Shown: in pieces, positions 46,200-55,879 of the stretch
Position numbering within the stretch: the stretch's first letter is position 1
How the letters are laid out: each line of letters opens with the position of its first letter
NCBI GenBank assembly: GCA_040766665.1
Contig: JAXGQD010000006.1
Location: forward strand, 83,093 to 147,092
Length of the DNA: 64,000 nucleotides
Direction: 5' to 3'
From: Oscillospiraceae bacterium
GTDB taxonomy: Bacteria > Bacillota > Clostridia > Saccharofermentanales > Fastidiosipilaceae
The notes under the pieces: generated by a model
What the model was told of the DNA's origin: nothing
Databases searched by the model: none
Seen by the model: the letters and a program-made list of their open reading frames with translations, nothing else
Position numbers and translations under genes: made by a program

Positions 46200-47551
46200 T
46201 GACAGAGCTCAATTCCGTTGACCGTTATTCACAACGCCAAATCACGCGCGACGGTCAGCCTTGTAAAATCAATATGAACGCAGAAGATTTTGACTGCGTC
46301 ACCTGTACCAGCGGCCTTGCGGACGAAACCGTTGAGGCTTATCGCGCAGACTTTCCTATGCTACGGCAAAAGGTGCACGGGCGTGAGTTGGTTTACTTCA
46401 ATTCAGCCGCCACCTCCCTCAAACCGGAGCCGGTTCTGGCCGCGATGGACGAATACTACCGCGACTTCGGCGTCAATGTCTTTCGTGGGGTAGACAGTGT
46501 GTCATACCGCGCCACGACGGCTTTTGAGGAAGCCAGACAGAAAATTGCCGATTTTCTGGGTGCGAAACAAAAAGAAGAAGTGGTCTTCACCCGCGGCACG
46601 ACAGCGGCCATCAACCTGGCGTGTAATGGCTATGTAGCCCAGAAACTCAAGCCTGATTCGGAAATTGTTGTATCGGTCGCTGAGCATCACGCAAACTTTA
46701 TCCCATGGCAACAATTGGCTAAGCGCAGCGGTGCCAAGCTGGTCTTTATCGAACTGGACAGTTGCGGACGCGTCCAAGAAGAAGCCCTAGAAAAAGCGGT
46801 CAATGAACGGACGGCTGTGGTTGCGATTTCGCAAATCTCCAACGTGATGGGAGCGCAGAATAATTTACCGGCGCTGGCCAAAATTGTGCATCGCTATCCG
46901 GGTGCTGTGATTGTCGTGGACGGTGCGCAGGGCATCGTGCATGAGCAACCGACCCTGGCAGATTGGGACATCGATTTCTACGCTTTTTCCGGACATAAGC
47001 TCTATGGGCCGACCGGTGTCGGCGTATTGTACGGTAAAGCAGCACTGTTGGAACAGATGCAGCCCGTTGAATTCGGTGGCGAGATGATTGATCAGGTCTC
47101 GCTCTATGACACGACTTTTGCCAAGGCGCCTCACCGCTTCGAAGCGGGGACGCCGATGATTGCCGAAGTGATCGGTCTGGGCCGGGCTATCGATTATGTG
47201 AAAGAAATCGGTTATACACCGATGCAGCGCCAGGTTTGCTTTCTGGCGGCTTTGTTGCGGGATAAGCTGTTGGAATTGCCTAATATCGAAATCTATAATT
47301 CCAATAACAGTGCTTCTGGCATCGTTAGTTTTAATATACAGGGCGTTCATGCGCACGATGCGGCTTCGGTCTTTGACCGGGCGGGTATCAGCCTGCGTGC
47401 CGGCCAGCACTGCAACCAGCCGACCATGGATTGGCTTTGCCAAGCGGCGGTGCTGCGTGCTTCTTTGGCCTTTTACAATACGCAGGAAGAAGTGGAGTAC
47501 TTCGTCGAAATTGCAAAGAAAGCGGGGGACTTTCTCGATGTCTTCTTTTGA
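46199..47551 (+). CDS. sufS: Cysteine desulfurase SufS (class V aminotransferase)
   Basis: PLP-Lys context FSGHKLYGPTG and catalytic-Cys loop RAGQHCNQP. The start overlaps the sufD stop. About 45 extra N-terminal residues, so the start is uncertain. Confidence 0.85.
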   Translation: MTELNSVDRYSQRQITRDGQPCKINMNAEDFDCVTCTSGLADETVEAYRADFPMLRQKVHGRELVYFNSAATSLKPEPVLAAMDEYYRDFGVNVFRGVDSVSYRATTAFEEARQKIADFLGAKQKEEVVFTRGTTAAINLACNGYVAQKLKPDSEIVVSVAEHHANFIPWQQLAKRSGAKLVFIELDSCGRVQEEALEKAVNERTAVVAISQISNVMGAQNNLPALAKIVHRYPGAVIVVDGAQGIVHEQPTLADWDIDFYAFSGHKLYGPTGVGVLYGKAALLEQMQPVEFGGEMIDQVSLYDTTFAKAPHRFEAGTPMIAEVIGLGRAIDYVKEIGYTPMQRQVCFLAALLRDKLLELPNIEIYNSNNSASGIVSFNIQGVHAHDAASVFDRAGISLRAGQHCNQPTMDWLCQAAVLRASLAFYNTQEEVEYFVEIAKKAGDFLDVFF

Positions 47552-47978
47552 GCAGAACCTATTTAAAGAAATCATCCAGGAACATTACAAAAACCCGCGC
47601 AACAAGGGTCTGAAAGATGAGCCTGGCTATGTCAATGTGCATTTTCGTAACCCCTCCTGCGGCGATGACCTGACTGTGCAGGTGAAGGCGGAGGGCGAGC
47701 GCATCGTCGACATTCGTCATCAGGGGACAGGCTGTGCTATTTGCTGTTCCTCAGCCTCGGTCATGAGTGAACTGCTGAAGGCTAAAAGCTTGGATGAGGC
47801 TTTTGCCATTATTAAGGAATTTAAATTGATGGTGTCGGCGGAACCTTTTATCGAGGAGCTTTTGGATGAAGCGGTTGCTTTCCAAGGTGTAGCCCAGCTG
47901 CCCCCGCGCATCAAATGTGCCACACTGGCCTGGTTGGCCTGTGAAGAGGGTTTGGAGTCTTATCATGAAAAAGAATGA
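47538..47978 (+). CDS. sufU: SufU/IscU-like sulfur-transfer scaffold protein
   Basis: 146 aa with [18 protein letters not shown] and a C-terminal conserved Cys. I trimmed from the longer track ORF that overlaps sufS. Confidence 0.85.
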   Translation: MSSFEQNLFKEIIQEHYKNPRNKGLKDEPGYVNVHFRNPSCGDDLTVQVKAEGERIVDIRHQGTGCAICCSSASVMSELLKAKSLDEAFAIIKEFKLMVSAEPFIEELLDEAVAFQGVAQLPPRIKCATLAWLACEEGLESYHEKE

Positions 47979-49512
47979 AACAGTCAAACGCGTCGCGATT
48001 ACCGCGGCAGCGGAAGAGAAGGAGCGGCTGGAACAGAGCAAACCGCGCAAGGAGATTCGTCCGAATCCGCTGGCTCCGGCGAGCGAAAAAAGCAGCACTG
48101 ATAAAGTCAGCACAGCCGAGATGACGGAGCTTTTGGATCGCAGTTATCAATACGGCTTTAATGACGGGGAAGTCGGCCTGCTGAAGCTTGACAAGGGCAT
48201 CAGTGCTGACGTTGTTAGGCAGATATCGGCCATCAAAAAAGAAGAGCTGTGGATGACGGAGTTTAGACTCAAGGCCTACGAAAAGTTCAGTCAGATGCCC
48301 ATGCCTTCTTTCGGTCCCGACTTGTCCGGCGTTGATTTTGATGAAATCTACTATTACATCAAGCCTTCGGAAAAAGCGGAGTCGGATTGGGAGAACGTGC
48401 CGGAGAAGATCAAGGACACCTTCGATAAGCTGGGCTTGCAGGAAGCCGAGCAAAAATACCTGGGCGGCATCGCGACGCAGTACGAGTCGGAGATGGTCTA
48501 CCACAAGATCAATCAGGAACTGGCCGATCTGGGGGTCATCTTTCTGGATACGGACAGCGGTCTGCGTGAGCACCCGGAATTGTTTAAGAAATATTTCGGC
48601 AAACTCGTGCCGATGGGCGACAACAAATTTGCGGCTTTGAACAGTGCGGTTTGGTCCGGCGGTTCCTTTATCTATGTGCCGAAGGGCGTCAAACTGACGC
48701 AGCCGTTGCAGTCGTATTTCCGCATCAATTCCGAGCGCATGGGGCAGTTTGAAAGAACGCTGATCATTGTTGACGAAGGGGCCGATTTGCACTATGTCGA
48801 GGGTTGTACCGCACCCAACTATTCCAATGACGCCTTGCATGCCGCGATTGTTGAAATCTATGTTGAAAAAGGCGGACGCTGTCGTTATACGACCATTCAG
48901 AACTGGTCGGACAATGTCGACAACCTGGTGACCAAACGCGCTTCCTGTGCGGAAGATGCCCAAATGGAATGGATTGACGGAAACCTTGGATCGAAAGTCA
49001 CGATGAAATATCCCACCGTTTATTTACGCGGTGCCAGGGCAAAAGGCACGACCGTTTCCATCGCTGTGGCTGACGAAAACCAGATTCAGGATGCGGGTTC
49101 GCGCATGATTCACCTGGCGCCCGATACCTCATCCACCGTAATATCCAAATCAATCGCGCGTAACGGGGGTAACGCGACTTATCGTGGCACTATTGAGCAT
49201 AACCCAAAAGCGACCGGCGCGCGAACCAACGTTGAGTGCGACACCTTGATTTTGGATGCTGCGTCGAAGTCGGATACCTTGCCGACCAACCGCATCAATA
49301 ACGGGAAGACTTTCTTCCAGCATGAGGCGACGGTTTCTAAGATCTCCGAAGAGCAGCTCTTTTATTTGATGAGTAGGGGCATCAGTGAAGAACAGGCCAC
49401 AGAGATGATTATTATGGGCTTTATTGAGCCCTTCACACGCGAGTTGCCCATGGAATATGCCATTGAGCTTAATCAGTTGATGAAGCTGGATATGTCCGAC
49501 AGTGTGGGCTGA
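47965..49512 (+). CDS. sufB: Fe-S cluster assembly protein SufB
   Basis: 515 aa. A highly conserved SufB core (..HYVEGCTAP.., ..[20 protein letters not shown]..) with an N-terminal extension. Confidence 0.9.
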   Translation: MKKNETVKRVAITAAAEEKERLEQSKPRKEIRPNPLAPASEKSSTDKVSTAEMTELLDRSYQYGFNDGEVGLLKLDKGISADVVRQISAIKKEELWMTEFRLKAYEKFSQMPMPSFGPDLSGVDFDEIYYYIKPSEKAESDWENVPEKIKDTFDKLGLQEAEQKYLGGIATQYESEMVYHKINQELADLGVIFLDTDSGLREHPELFKKYFGKLVPMGDNKFAALNSAVWSGGSFIYVPKGVKLTQPLQSYFRINSERMGQFERTLIIVDEGADLHYVEGCTAPNYSNDALHAAIVEIYVEKGGRCRYTTIQNWSDNVDNLVTKRASCAEDAQMEWIDGNLGSKVTMKYPTVYLRGARAKGTTVSIAVADENQIQDAGSRMIHLAPDTSSTVISKSIARNGGNATYRGTIEHNPKATGARTNVECDTLILDAASKSDTLPTNRINNGKTFFQHEATVSKISEEQLFYLMSRGISEEQATEMIIMGFIEPFTRELPMEYAIELNQLMKLDMSDSVG

Positions 49513-49590
49513 GTAAGGCATGAGCTGCAGTCGTCGCTTGGAGGAGGCTTTTGCAGTGATAAAAAATAAAACGACATAAGAGGGGGCTTT

Positions 49591-50687
49591 ATGTTAAGTA
49601 AGGAAAAAATCAACGAGATTTTGACACAGTTTGCTTTTGAGGGGGAAATTGACAGTGTTCAGTATCCTTTCGGGGAAGGGCATATCAATGATACGATAGC
49701 AGTGACCTGTCACGCTGCAGAAGGAACGAAACAGCGCTATATTGTCCAGAAAATTAATAAATTGGTTTTCAAAAAGCCGGATGAGGTGATGGCCAATATC
49801 GCCTCGGTCACGGCTTTTTTACGTGAGAAAATTGCCGCGGCCGGAGGGGATCCAGAGCGTGAAACCCTAAGCATTGTGCCGACTAAAGCAGGCGGGCTTT
49901 ACTACATCGATGCCGATGAGGAGTATTGGCGAGCTTACCCCTTTATTGAGGACAGCATCACGTATCAAAATGTGGAGTCGGTTGAGGATTTTGCCAAAGT
50001 GGCAAAAGCTTACGGGCAGTTCATGCTTTTGTTGCAAGATTATCCGGCGGTGGATCTCTATGAAACCATCGTCGATTTCCATCACACGCAGAACCGTTTC
50101 AAACGCTTTTTAGAAGTGCTTGAGCAAGATGCGCTGGGTAGGGCGAAGGATTGCCAGGCACAGATACGTTTTATCAAGGATCGTGAAGCGGATTGTGCTG
50201 TTTTGGTGGAGCAGCAGGCGGCGGGGCTTTTGCCGACACGCGTGACGCATAACGACACAAACTGAACGTACTATTTGACGCAGCCAGCGGTGAAGGGCTC
50301 TGTGTGATTGATTTGGATACCATCATGCCGGGGTTGGCCGCATACGATTTTGGCGACGCGATCCGTTCGGGGGCGACGACGGCGGCTGAGGACGAAGCGG
50401 ATCTGAGCAAAGTACAGTTCGTGCCCGAATATTTCCGTGCGTATGCGCAGTCTTATCTGGCGACGGCCGGTAAAATCCACGACCAACGTGAACGTGAGTC
50501 TTTGGCCTGGGGCGCGCGCCTCTTAACGTTGGAGCAGGGTATGCGCTTTCTGACGGATTATCTGGAAGGGGATGTCTATTTCAAAATCCATCGTCCGGGA
50601 CAAAATCTGGATCGTAGTATCAATCAGCTCAAACTGGTCGCCGATATGGAAGAGCAGTGGGAAGCGATGTTGGATGCGGTTCGCTAA
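49591..50687 (+). pseudogene. N-acetylhexosamine 1-kinase-like (NahK/APH-fold) kinase, frameshifted as assembled
   Basis: End-to-end resemblance to Bifidobacterium NahK as I recall it. The catalytic RVTHNDT is followed by a premature TGA. The sequence ..LNVLFDAASGEGLCVIDLDTIMPG.. continues in the +1 frame. The shift is at the A3 run 50259-50261. Confidence 0.7.
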
Positions 50688-50707
50688 GTAAGCTTATTGC
50701 ATCAAAT

Positions 50708-50752
50708 AGCCCGGGGGTCGACGGTGTTTTATCGCGCTACCCGGGCTTTTTG
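50708..50752 (+). terminator. Candidate terminator between convergent genes
   Basis: AGCCCGGG (50708-50715) pairs with CCCGGGCT (50740-50747), followed by TTTTT. The loop is large (24 nt). Confidence 0.5.
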
Positions 50753-50770
50753 GTCTTTGTAACAGTTCTC

Positions 50771-52087
50771 TTAATAAGGCTTCCAGATGGCGCTGCTGTA
50801 TGCCGGCAAAACACTCCCGCCCCCAAAATCATGGGGCTGCTGCGTGATAAGGTTCATGGCGCGACCGCATTGGGCGTCGAAGTGAGCGACATAATCCTGG
50901 GCCTCGGCATTGATAGCGACCATGATGCGCTCTTCTTCAAAGCGGCGTTCGAAGATGAATTGCTTGTTTGTCAGCAGAATTGACTTGTAGTCACCGTAAC
51001 AGAGCGCCTTGGAAGAAGCTCGGGCTGCCGCCAAAGCAGCAATGTGCTCGGAGAGCGCATTCCACTGCGGCTCTGCCAAAGCAGGCCGTATGGCGTCATC
51101 GCCGCTTGCGCTGTTTGTCTTTAGGCCGTTGATACCCCATTCGCTGCCGTAATAAATGGAGGGGATACCGGGCATGCCAAAAAGCAAAGTGTAGATGAGC
51201 GGTAAATGCTCGGGTAACAGTAGAACCGAGGCAATGCGGCTGACATCGTGATTGTCTACAAAGTTAAACAGGTTGATGCCGCGGCAGAGTGCCCAGTCTT
51301 CGGGACCGTTTTGCCGTTGAATGGCATGGGCTACTTCAAAAAGATTCATGCTGTTAAAAGCGGAGTACGCGGATTTGTAGACACTGTAATTGGTGGCGGA
51401 ATGTAACATTTGCGGGTTGACGATTTGCTTGCAATCGCCGTGGATCTGCTCCCCCAGGAGAAAGAAATCAGGCTGTTTCTCCAGGCAAAACACGCGCAAA
51501 CTGCGCATAAAATCGTGATCAAGCATATAGGCGACATCGAGGCGCAGGCCGTCAATCTTGAATTCATCTATCCATAAACCAACAGATTCAAGCAGGTATT
51601 CGACCACTGCAGGATTGAGCAAGTTGAGCTCGACCAAGGCATTGTGGCCTTCCCAAGCGCGATAGCTGAAACCGTCGTTGAAGTGATTGTTTCCGCCAAA
51701 ATCTATTTTGAACCAATCTTTGTAAGGGGAATCCCACTTTTGGGCGAGGACGTCTTGAAAAGCCCAAAAGCCCCGACCCACATGATTAAAGACGCCGTCG
51801 AGCACAACCTTGATTTCCGCCTCATGCAAGGCCGCAACGAGAGCCATGAAATCCTGATTAGTCCCTAAACGCAGGTCGATTTTCTGCAAATCGCGCGTGT
51901 CATATCCGTGATGGTCCGACTCGAAAAGGGGATTGAAAAGCACGGCGCCAACACCCAGACTCTGCAGGTGTGGGATCCAGTCATGCAGCTGGATAAGGCG
52001 GGAAACGGCGATGCCGTCGTTGCTGCGCGGTGCCCCGCAGAGACCGAGGGGATAGATCTGATAAAAGAGCCGCTCGTCATACCACAT
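50771..52087 (-). CDS. GH13 alpha-amylase-family glycoside hydrolase
   Basis: GH13 conserved regions: DGVFNH, GLRLDVAYM, LLGEQIHG, FVDNHD. ATG at 52087 follows a GGAGG RBS. Confidence 0.85.
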   Translation of the reverse strand: MWYDERLFYQIYPLGLCGAPRSNDGIAVSRLIQLHDWIPHLQSLGVGAVLFNPLFESDHHGYDTRDLQKIDLRLGTNQDFMALVAALHEAEIKVVLDGVFNHVGRGFWAFQDVLAQKWDSPYKDWFKIDFGGNNHFNDGFSYRAWEGHNALVELNLLNPAVVEYLLESVGLWIDEFKIDGLRLDVAYMLDHDFMRSLRVFCLEKQPDFFLLGEQIHGDCKQIVNPQMLHSATNYSVYKSAYSAFNSMNLFEVAHAIQRQNGPEDWALCRGINLFNFVDNHDVSRIASVLLLPEHLPLIYTLLFGMPGIPSIYYGSEWGINGLKTNSASGDDAIRPALAEPQWNALSEHIAALAAARASSKALCYGDYKSILLTNKQFIFERRFEEERIMVAINAEAQDYVAHFDAQCGRAMNLITQQPHDFGGGSVLPAYSSAIWKPY

Positions 52088-52215
52088 AAACTGCCTCCGT
52101 GAACCGCGCTGAAATGCCGTCAAATCATTCCGATTATAGCATTTTTGTATTTTGCCAAGCTTAGATGCTTAGCCTATAATTTAAACAAGATTATCTCGCA
52201 TGAAGGAGCCGGAAA

Positions 52216-53493
52216 ATGGGAACTTTAGCTGTTGTTGGAATAAATTGGGGTGACGAAGGTAAAGGCCGTATGGTCGATTTGGTCTCTCAGGACTTTGATT
52301 ATGTGGTGCGCTATCAGGGCGGTAACAACGCCGGCCACACCGTCATCAACGAATACGGCAAGTTCATTCTCAATTTGCTGCCTTCAGGTGTGTTTAACGC
52401 CAACGTCATTAATGTGCTGGGCAACGGCATGGTCATCGATATCGAGCACCTGGTTAAGGAACGCCAGCGTATGCTGGACGCGGGTTTTAACCTGGACCCT
52501 GCCCACCTGATTATTTCGGACCGCGCCATTATTTGTTTCCCTTTTCATCGTGAGCAAGACGAGTTGCAGGAAATTTATTTAGGTGGTAAAAAATTCGGCT
52601 CGACCAAACGTGGCATCGGCCCGGTCTACGGCGACAAGTACCTGAAAAAAGGCATCCAAATCGGTGAATTGCTATACAATCCCGAGCGCCTCAAAGAACG
52701 CGTCTACGAGCTGGTCGAGTGGAAAAATCTGACTCTGACCAAGGTCTACGGCGGTGAAGCTTTTGATAAAGAGGAGATGCTGCAATGGCTCCTGAGCTAC
52801 GGCGAGGTCCTCAAGCCTTTCATCAAAGACAGCGGTTTGGTGCTACGTCAAGCTTATAAAGCAGGCAAAAGCATCATGTTCGAAGCCCAGCTCGGCGCCC
52901 TGCGCGACATCGACTACGGCATTTATCCTTACACCTCTTCCTCAACGCCCCTGGCAGCCTATGCGCCTCTGGGCTGCGGTGCTCCCGCACTGAAAATAGA
53001 CAAGGTTCTCGGCATCATGAAAGCCTATTCCAGCTGTGTCGGCGAAGGCCCCTTCGTCGTAGAGATGTTCGGCGATGAGGCTACTCGTCTGCGCGAAGCC
53101 GGTGGTGAATTCGGTGCCGCCACGGGTCGTCCGCGCCGTGTCGGCGGTTTTGATGTTGTCGCCTCGCGCTACGGCGTTGCCGTCCAGGGCGCGACGGAAT
53201 TGGCCTTTACCAAGCTCGATATCCTTTCCGCTTTGGAAGAGATACCTGTTTGCACACACTACGAGATCAATGGTGAGCGGGTGGATGAATTCCCCTTCCC
53301 CAGTGCTTTGGACGAAGCCAAGCCGGTCTTCGAATACTGGCCGGGTTGGAACTGTCCGATTGACCACATCCGCAAATTTTCCGATCTCCCGCAGACGGCG
53401 CAGGATTATGTGCTGCGCATCGAGAAGCTGATGGACTGCCCGATTACCTACGTTTCGGTGGGTCCGGACCGCGACGCAATCATCCGTCGCTAA
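52216..53493 (+). CDS. purA: Adenylosuccinate synthase
   Basis: WGDEGKGR P-loop, the GGNNAGHT motif, 425 aa. Confidence 0.95.
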   Translation: MGTLAVVGINWGDEGKGRMVDLVSQDFDYVVRYQGGNNAGHTVINEYGKFILNLLPSGVFNANVINVLGNGMVIDIEHLVKERQRMLDAGFNLDPAHLIISDRAIICFPFHREQDELQEIYLGGKKFGSTKRGIGPVYGDKYLKKGIQIGELLYNPERLKERVYELVEWKNLTLTKVYGGEAFDKEEMLQWLLSYGEVLKPFIKDSGLVLRQAYKAGKSIMFEAQLGALRDIDYGIYPYTSSSTPLAAYAPLGCGAPALKIDKVLGIMKAYSSCVGEGPFVVEMFGDEATRLREAGGEFGAATGRPRRVGGFDVVASRYGVAVQGATELAFTKLDILSALEEIPVCTHYEINGERVDEFPFPSALDEAKPVFEYWPGWNCPIDHIRKFSDLPQTAQDYVLRIEKLMDCPITYVSVGPDRDAIIRR

Positions 53494-53530
53494 GCCTGAG
53501 CTGAGCGGGGGATTTGGCTTCGCTCTGGGG

Positions 53531-53660
53531 GGTGGCTTGGTTTAGCGGGACTCGTTCTGGGTTTAGCGGGCTTGAGTATGAGTTTTGCGGGGTGGACTGT
53601 GAGTTTTGCGTAGTGGCTCAAATTGCAGGGTGGACTGTGGGTTTTGCGTTGAGACTCATA
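53531..53660. repeat. Degenerate tandem repeats (about 20-40 nt units)
   Basis: GGTGGACTGTGAGTTTTGCG (about 53591) and GGTGGACTGTGGGTTTTGCG (about 53630), plus GGTTTAGCGGG twice. GTGAGTTTTG also opens the repeat block at 43413. Confidence 0.6.
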
Positions 53661-53667
53661 TTGCGGC

Positions 53668-53865
53668 AAAATTTTCGATAATCCAAGATGGGGTTGAAAA
53701 AGTGCCGTAAAATCACCTCAAATGAGGAAAATAGCGACAGTTTTTTCGATAATCCAAGCGTCAACCCTTTTCAACTTGGATTAACGTAAAAAGTGACGGT
53801 AAAACCTACAATCGACGATGAAAAATCCGAAAAATTGACAGTTCAGGTGGATTAACGAAAATATT
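53668..53865. repeat. 198-bp long-palindromic intergenic element, flavour B, copy 2
   Basis: AAAATTTTCGATAATCCAAG (53668-53687), TTTTTTCGATAATCCAAG (53741-53758), CTTGGATTAACGTAAAAA (53775-53792), GTGGATTAACGAAAATATT (53847-53865). The centre is near 53766. Confidence 0.8.
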
Positions 53866-53970
53866 GCTAAAAAAGAACGAAACTACCAAACTGAAGCCGA
53901 AAAACCGAATCCAAACACCCAAACGAAGCCGAAAGACCAAATCACAAAGCGATTGAAAACGGAGAGCCTG

Positions 53971-55377
53971 ATGCCTATGACACCGACTTCCGTACCGAAT
54001 ACAACACAGACGCCACAGCATCCGCATCACGAGTCGCGATTGGAAGTCTCTGATCACGAGAAACGACTGCGGATTCTTTTTGCCTATGCCGCCTACCTCT
54101 TTATTTTTTCCTTTTATCTCGACACTCCCAAAGCGCTCTACGAAGGCATGCTGCAGATTTTGACGCATCCGAGCAACCTGCTCAGTGACTATATGGTCAT
54201 CGGTGGTCTCGGTGCCGCCGTCTTTAATGCCGCCCTGATGACCCTGCTTTCGGCCGTGATGGTGAAGGTTAACAAGGTGCCTGTCAGCGGTTCGATTTTG
54301 GCGGCGATTTTAACCATCAGTGGTTTTTCTTTATTCGGCAAAAACCTCTTCAACTCCGTCCCCATCACCATTAAAGTGCACCTTTACAGCCGTTTCAGCA
54401 AGGGCGAGTTCAAGCAGCAGATCCTGATCGCGCTCTACGGCACGGCACTCGGGCCGCTGGTCAGTTATATCACTTTTGCTTTCAAATTGCCGTTTCACCT
54501 GGGGATGCTCTATGGCTACCTGGTTGGGATTCTCTGCGGCTTTCTTTTGCCACCTTTAGCAGCGGCATTCATCCGTTTTCACCAGGGCTTCCCAGCTCTA
54601 CAACGTGGGCTTCACCGCCGGCATCATCGGCATGATGATGGCCATCGGTGCCCCTGCGCTTTTGAACTGGGAGATCAGCAATCAGCAAATCACCTATGTG
54701 GGAGACCGACACGGCTGGTTTTTGCTTTTTGTCTGCTCTTTTTCCTGATTGGTCTGGCGGGTTTTTGGCTCAATGGCAAAAGTTTCCACGGCTACCGTCA
54801 ACTGCTGAAGAGCACCGGCCGCATCGCCTCCGATTTTGTCATTCTCTACGGCTTTCCCTTGGCGCTGCTCAATATTGCCATTATGGGGCTCTTGGCGACT
54901 GCTTATGCGCTCTTGGTCGGCGGTCAGCTGAACGGGCCGATCCTGGGTGGCATCCTTACGGTGGCGGGTTTTGGGGCTTTTGGTAAGCATCCTTACAATG
55001 TGCTGCCGATTCTGCTGGGTGTGCTGACCATCAATCTGTTCACGACTTTTGACCACACCTCGACGACGGCTGTACTCGCGGGGCTTTTCGGCACCACCTT
55101 AGCCCCAATCAGCGGTCAGTTTGGCGTGCTGCCGGGTATTCTGGCCGGTTTTATTCATATGACCATGGTGCTCAATGTGGGGGCTTTACATTCGGGTGTA
55201 AATCTATACAATAATGGATTCTCGGGAGGCTTTGTGGCCGCTATCATGGTGCCTTTGCTGGAGATGGTGCAGCAGAGGGAGCTTTTGCCAAAACAGATCT
55301 GGAAAAATTACAGCAGACGCCGGAAAGCACAGCGTGCTGCACAAAAGCTAGGAGAAGGGGGACAGGGCGATGTATAG
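53971..55377 (+). CDS. Polytopic membrane protein (possibly DUF1576 family) containing a compensated double frameshift
   Basis: Hydrophobic throughout except 54592-54740, which reads as an Arg/His-rich out-of-frame stretch. The alternative frame there gives ..QLYNVGFTAGIIGMMMAIGAPALL.., which parallels the later ..NLYNNGFSGGFVAAIMVPLL... The family name is from memory. Confidence 0.6.
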   Translation: MPMTPTSVPNTTQTPQHPHHESRLEVSDHEKRLRILFAYAAYLFIFSFYLDTPKALYEGMLQILTHPSNLLSDYMVIGGLGAAVFNAALMTLLSAVMVKVNKVPVSGSILAAILTISGFSLFGKNLFNSVPITIKVHLYSRFSKGEFKQQILIALYGTALGPLVSYITFAFKLPFHLGMLYGYLVGILCGFLLPPLAAAFIRFHQGFPALQRGLHRRHHRHDDGHRCPCAFELGDQQSANHLCGRPTRLVFAFCLLFFLIGLAGFWLNGKSFHGYRQLLKSTGRIASDFVILYGFPLALLNIAIMGLLATAYALLVGGQLNGPILGGILTVAGFGAFGKHPYNVLPILLGVLTINLFTTFDHTSTTAVLAGLFGTTLAPISGQFGVLPGILAGFIHMTMVLNVGALHSGVNLYNNGFSGGFVAAIMVPLLEMVQQRELLPKQIWKNYSRRRKAQRAAQKLGEGGQGDV

Positions 55378-55708
55378 GGAACGTGAACGAACCGCCCACA
55401 TGGTCAACGAACTGATCGGTTATTTTCAGCATTATGGAATCCTCGATTTCACGGTGCAGGTATTGCAAAATAACGAGCGCAGTCGCATTGAGATTATCGG
55501 CCGTTGTGAGAAGCCGCCGAAAAGACTTGCTGAGCTTGAGGAGGCCTTAAATAAGGGGCGCGCACCGGCGATGGAGGAATACTACGACCAGTTGATGAGC
55601 ATTTATGACGAAAACAGTGAGCTGCATCTGCTGTCGATGATGATCGATGCGGGGGAAGTCAGATATGAGCACGGTGTGCTGAAGATTGTGATTGAGCGGT
55701 ATTTGTAG
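55370..55708 (+). CDS. Hypothetical 112-aa cytoplasmic protein
   Basis: The ORF overlaps the stop of the upstream membrane-protein gene by 8 nt, suggesting translational coupling. No motif recognised. Confidence 0.5.
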   Translation: MYRERERTAHMVNELIGYFQHYGILDFTVQVLQNNERSRIEIIGRCEKPPKRLAELEEALNKGRAPAMEEYYDQLMSIYDENSELHLLSMMIDAGEVRYEHGVLKIVIERYL

Positions 55709-55879
55709 CGTTTTGCCACTAATTCAGAAAATAAAAAGTGTTTGATTTTACCAAAGGGAACGGATTCAATCTCCTTTTAGAAAACTCCCAATGAATTCAA
55801 TAGTTGAAGTCAATTTTTTCTAATCTTTTTTAGCGTTTCAAGCTATAGTATAGATAGATTTATGCTGGGGGGAAATTCT

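Noticed and set aside
46865-47575. 236-aa ORF on the minus strand
   Set aside because: It is antisense to sufS and has no independent support.
47911-48963. 350-aa ORF on the minus strand
   Set aside because: It lies entirely antisense to the strongly conserved sufB gene and has no RBS. Its Arg/Phe/His-rich composition is typical of shadow ORFs in GC-rich coding DNA.
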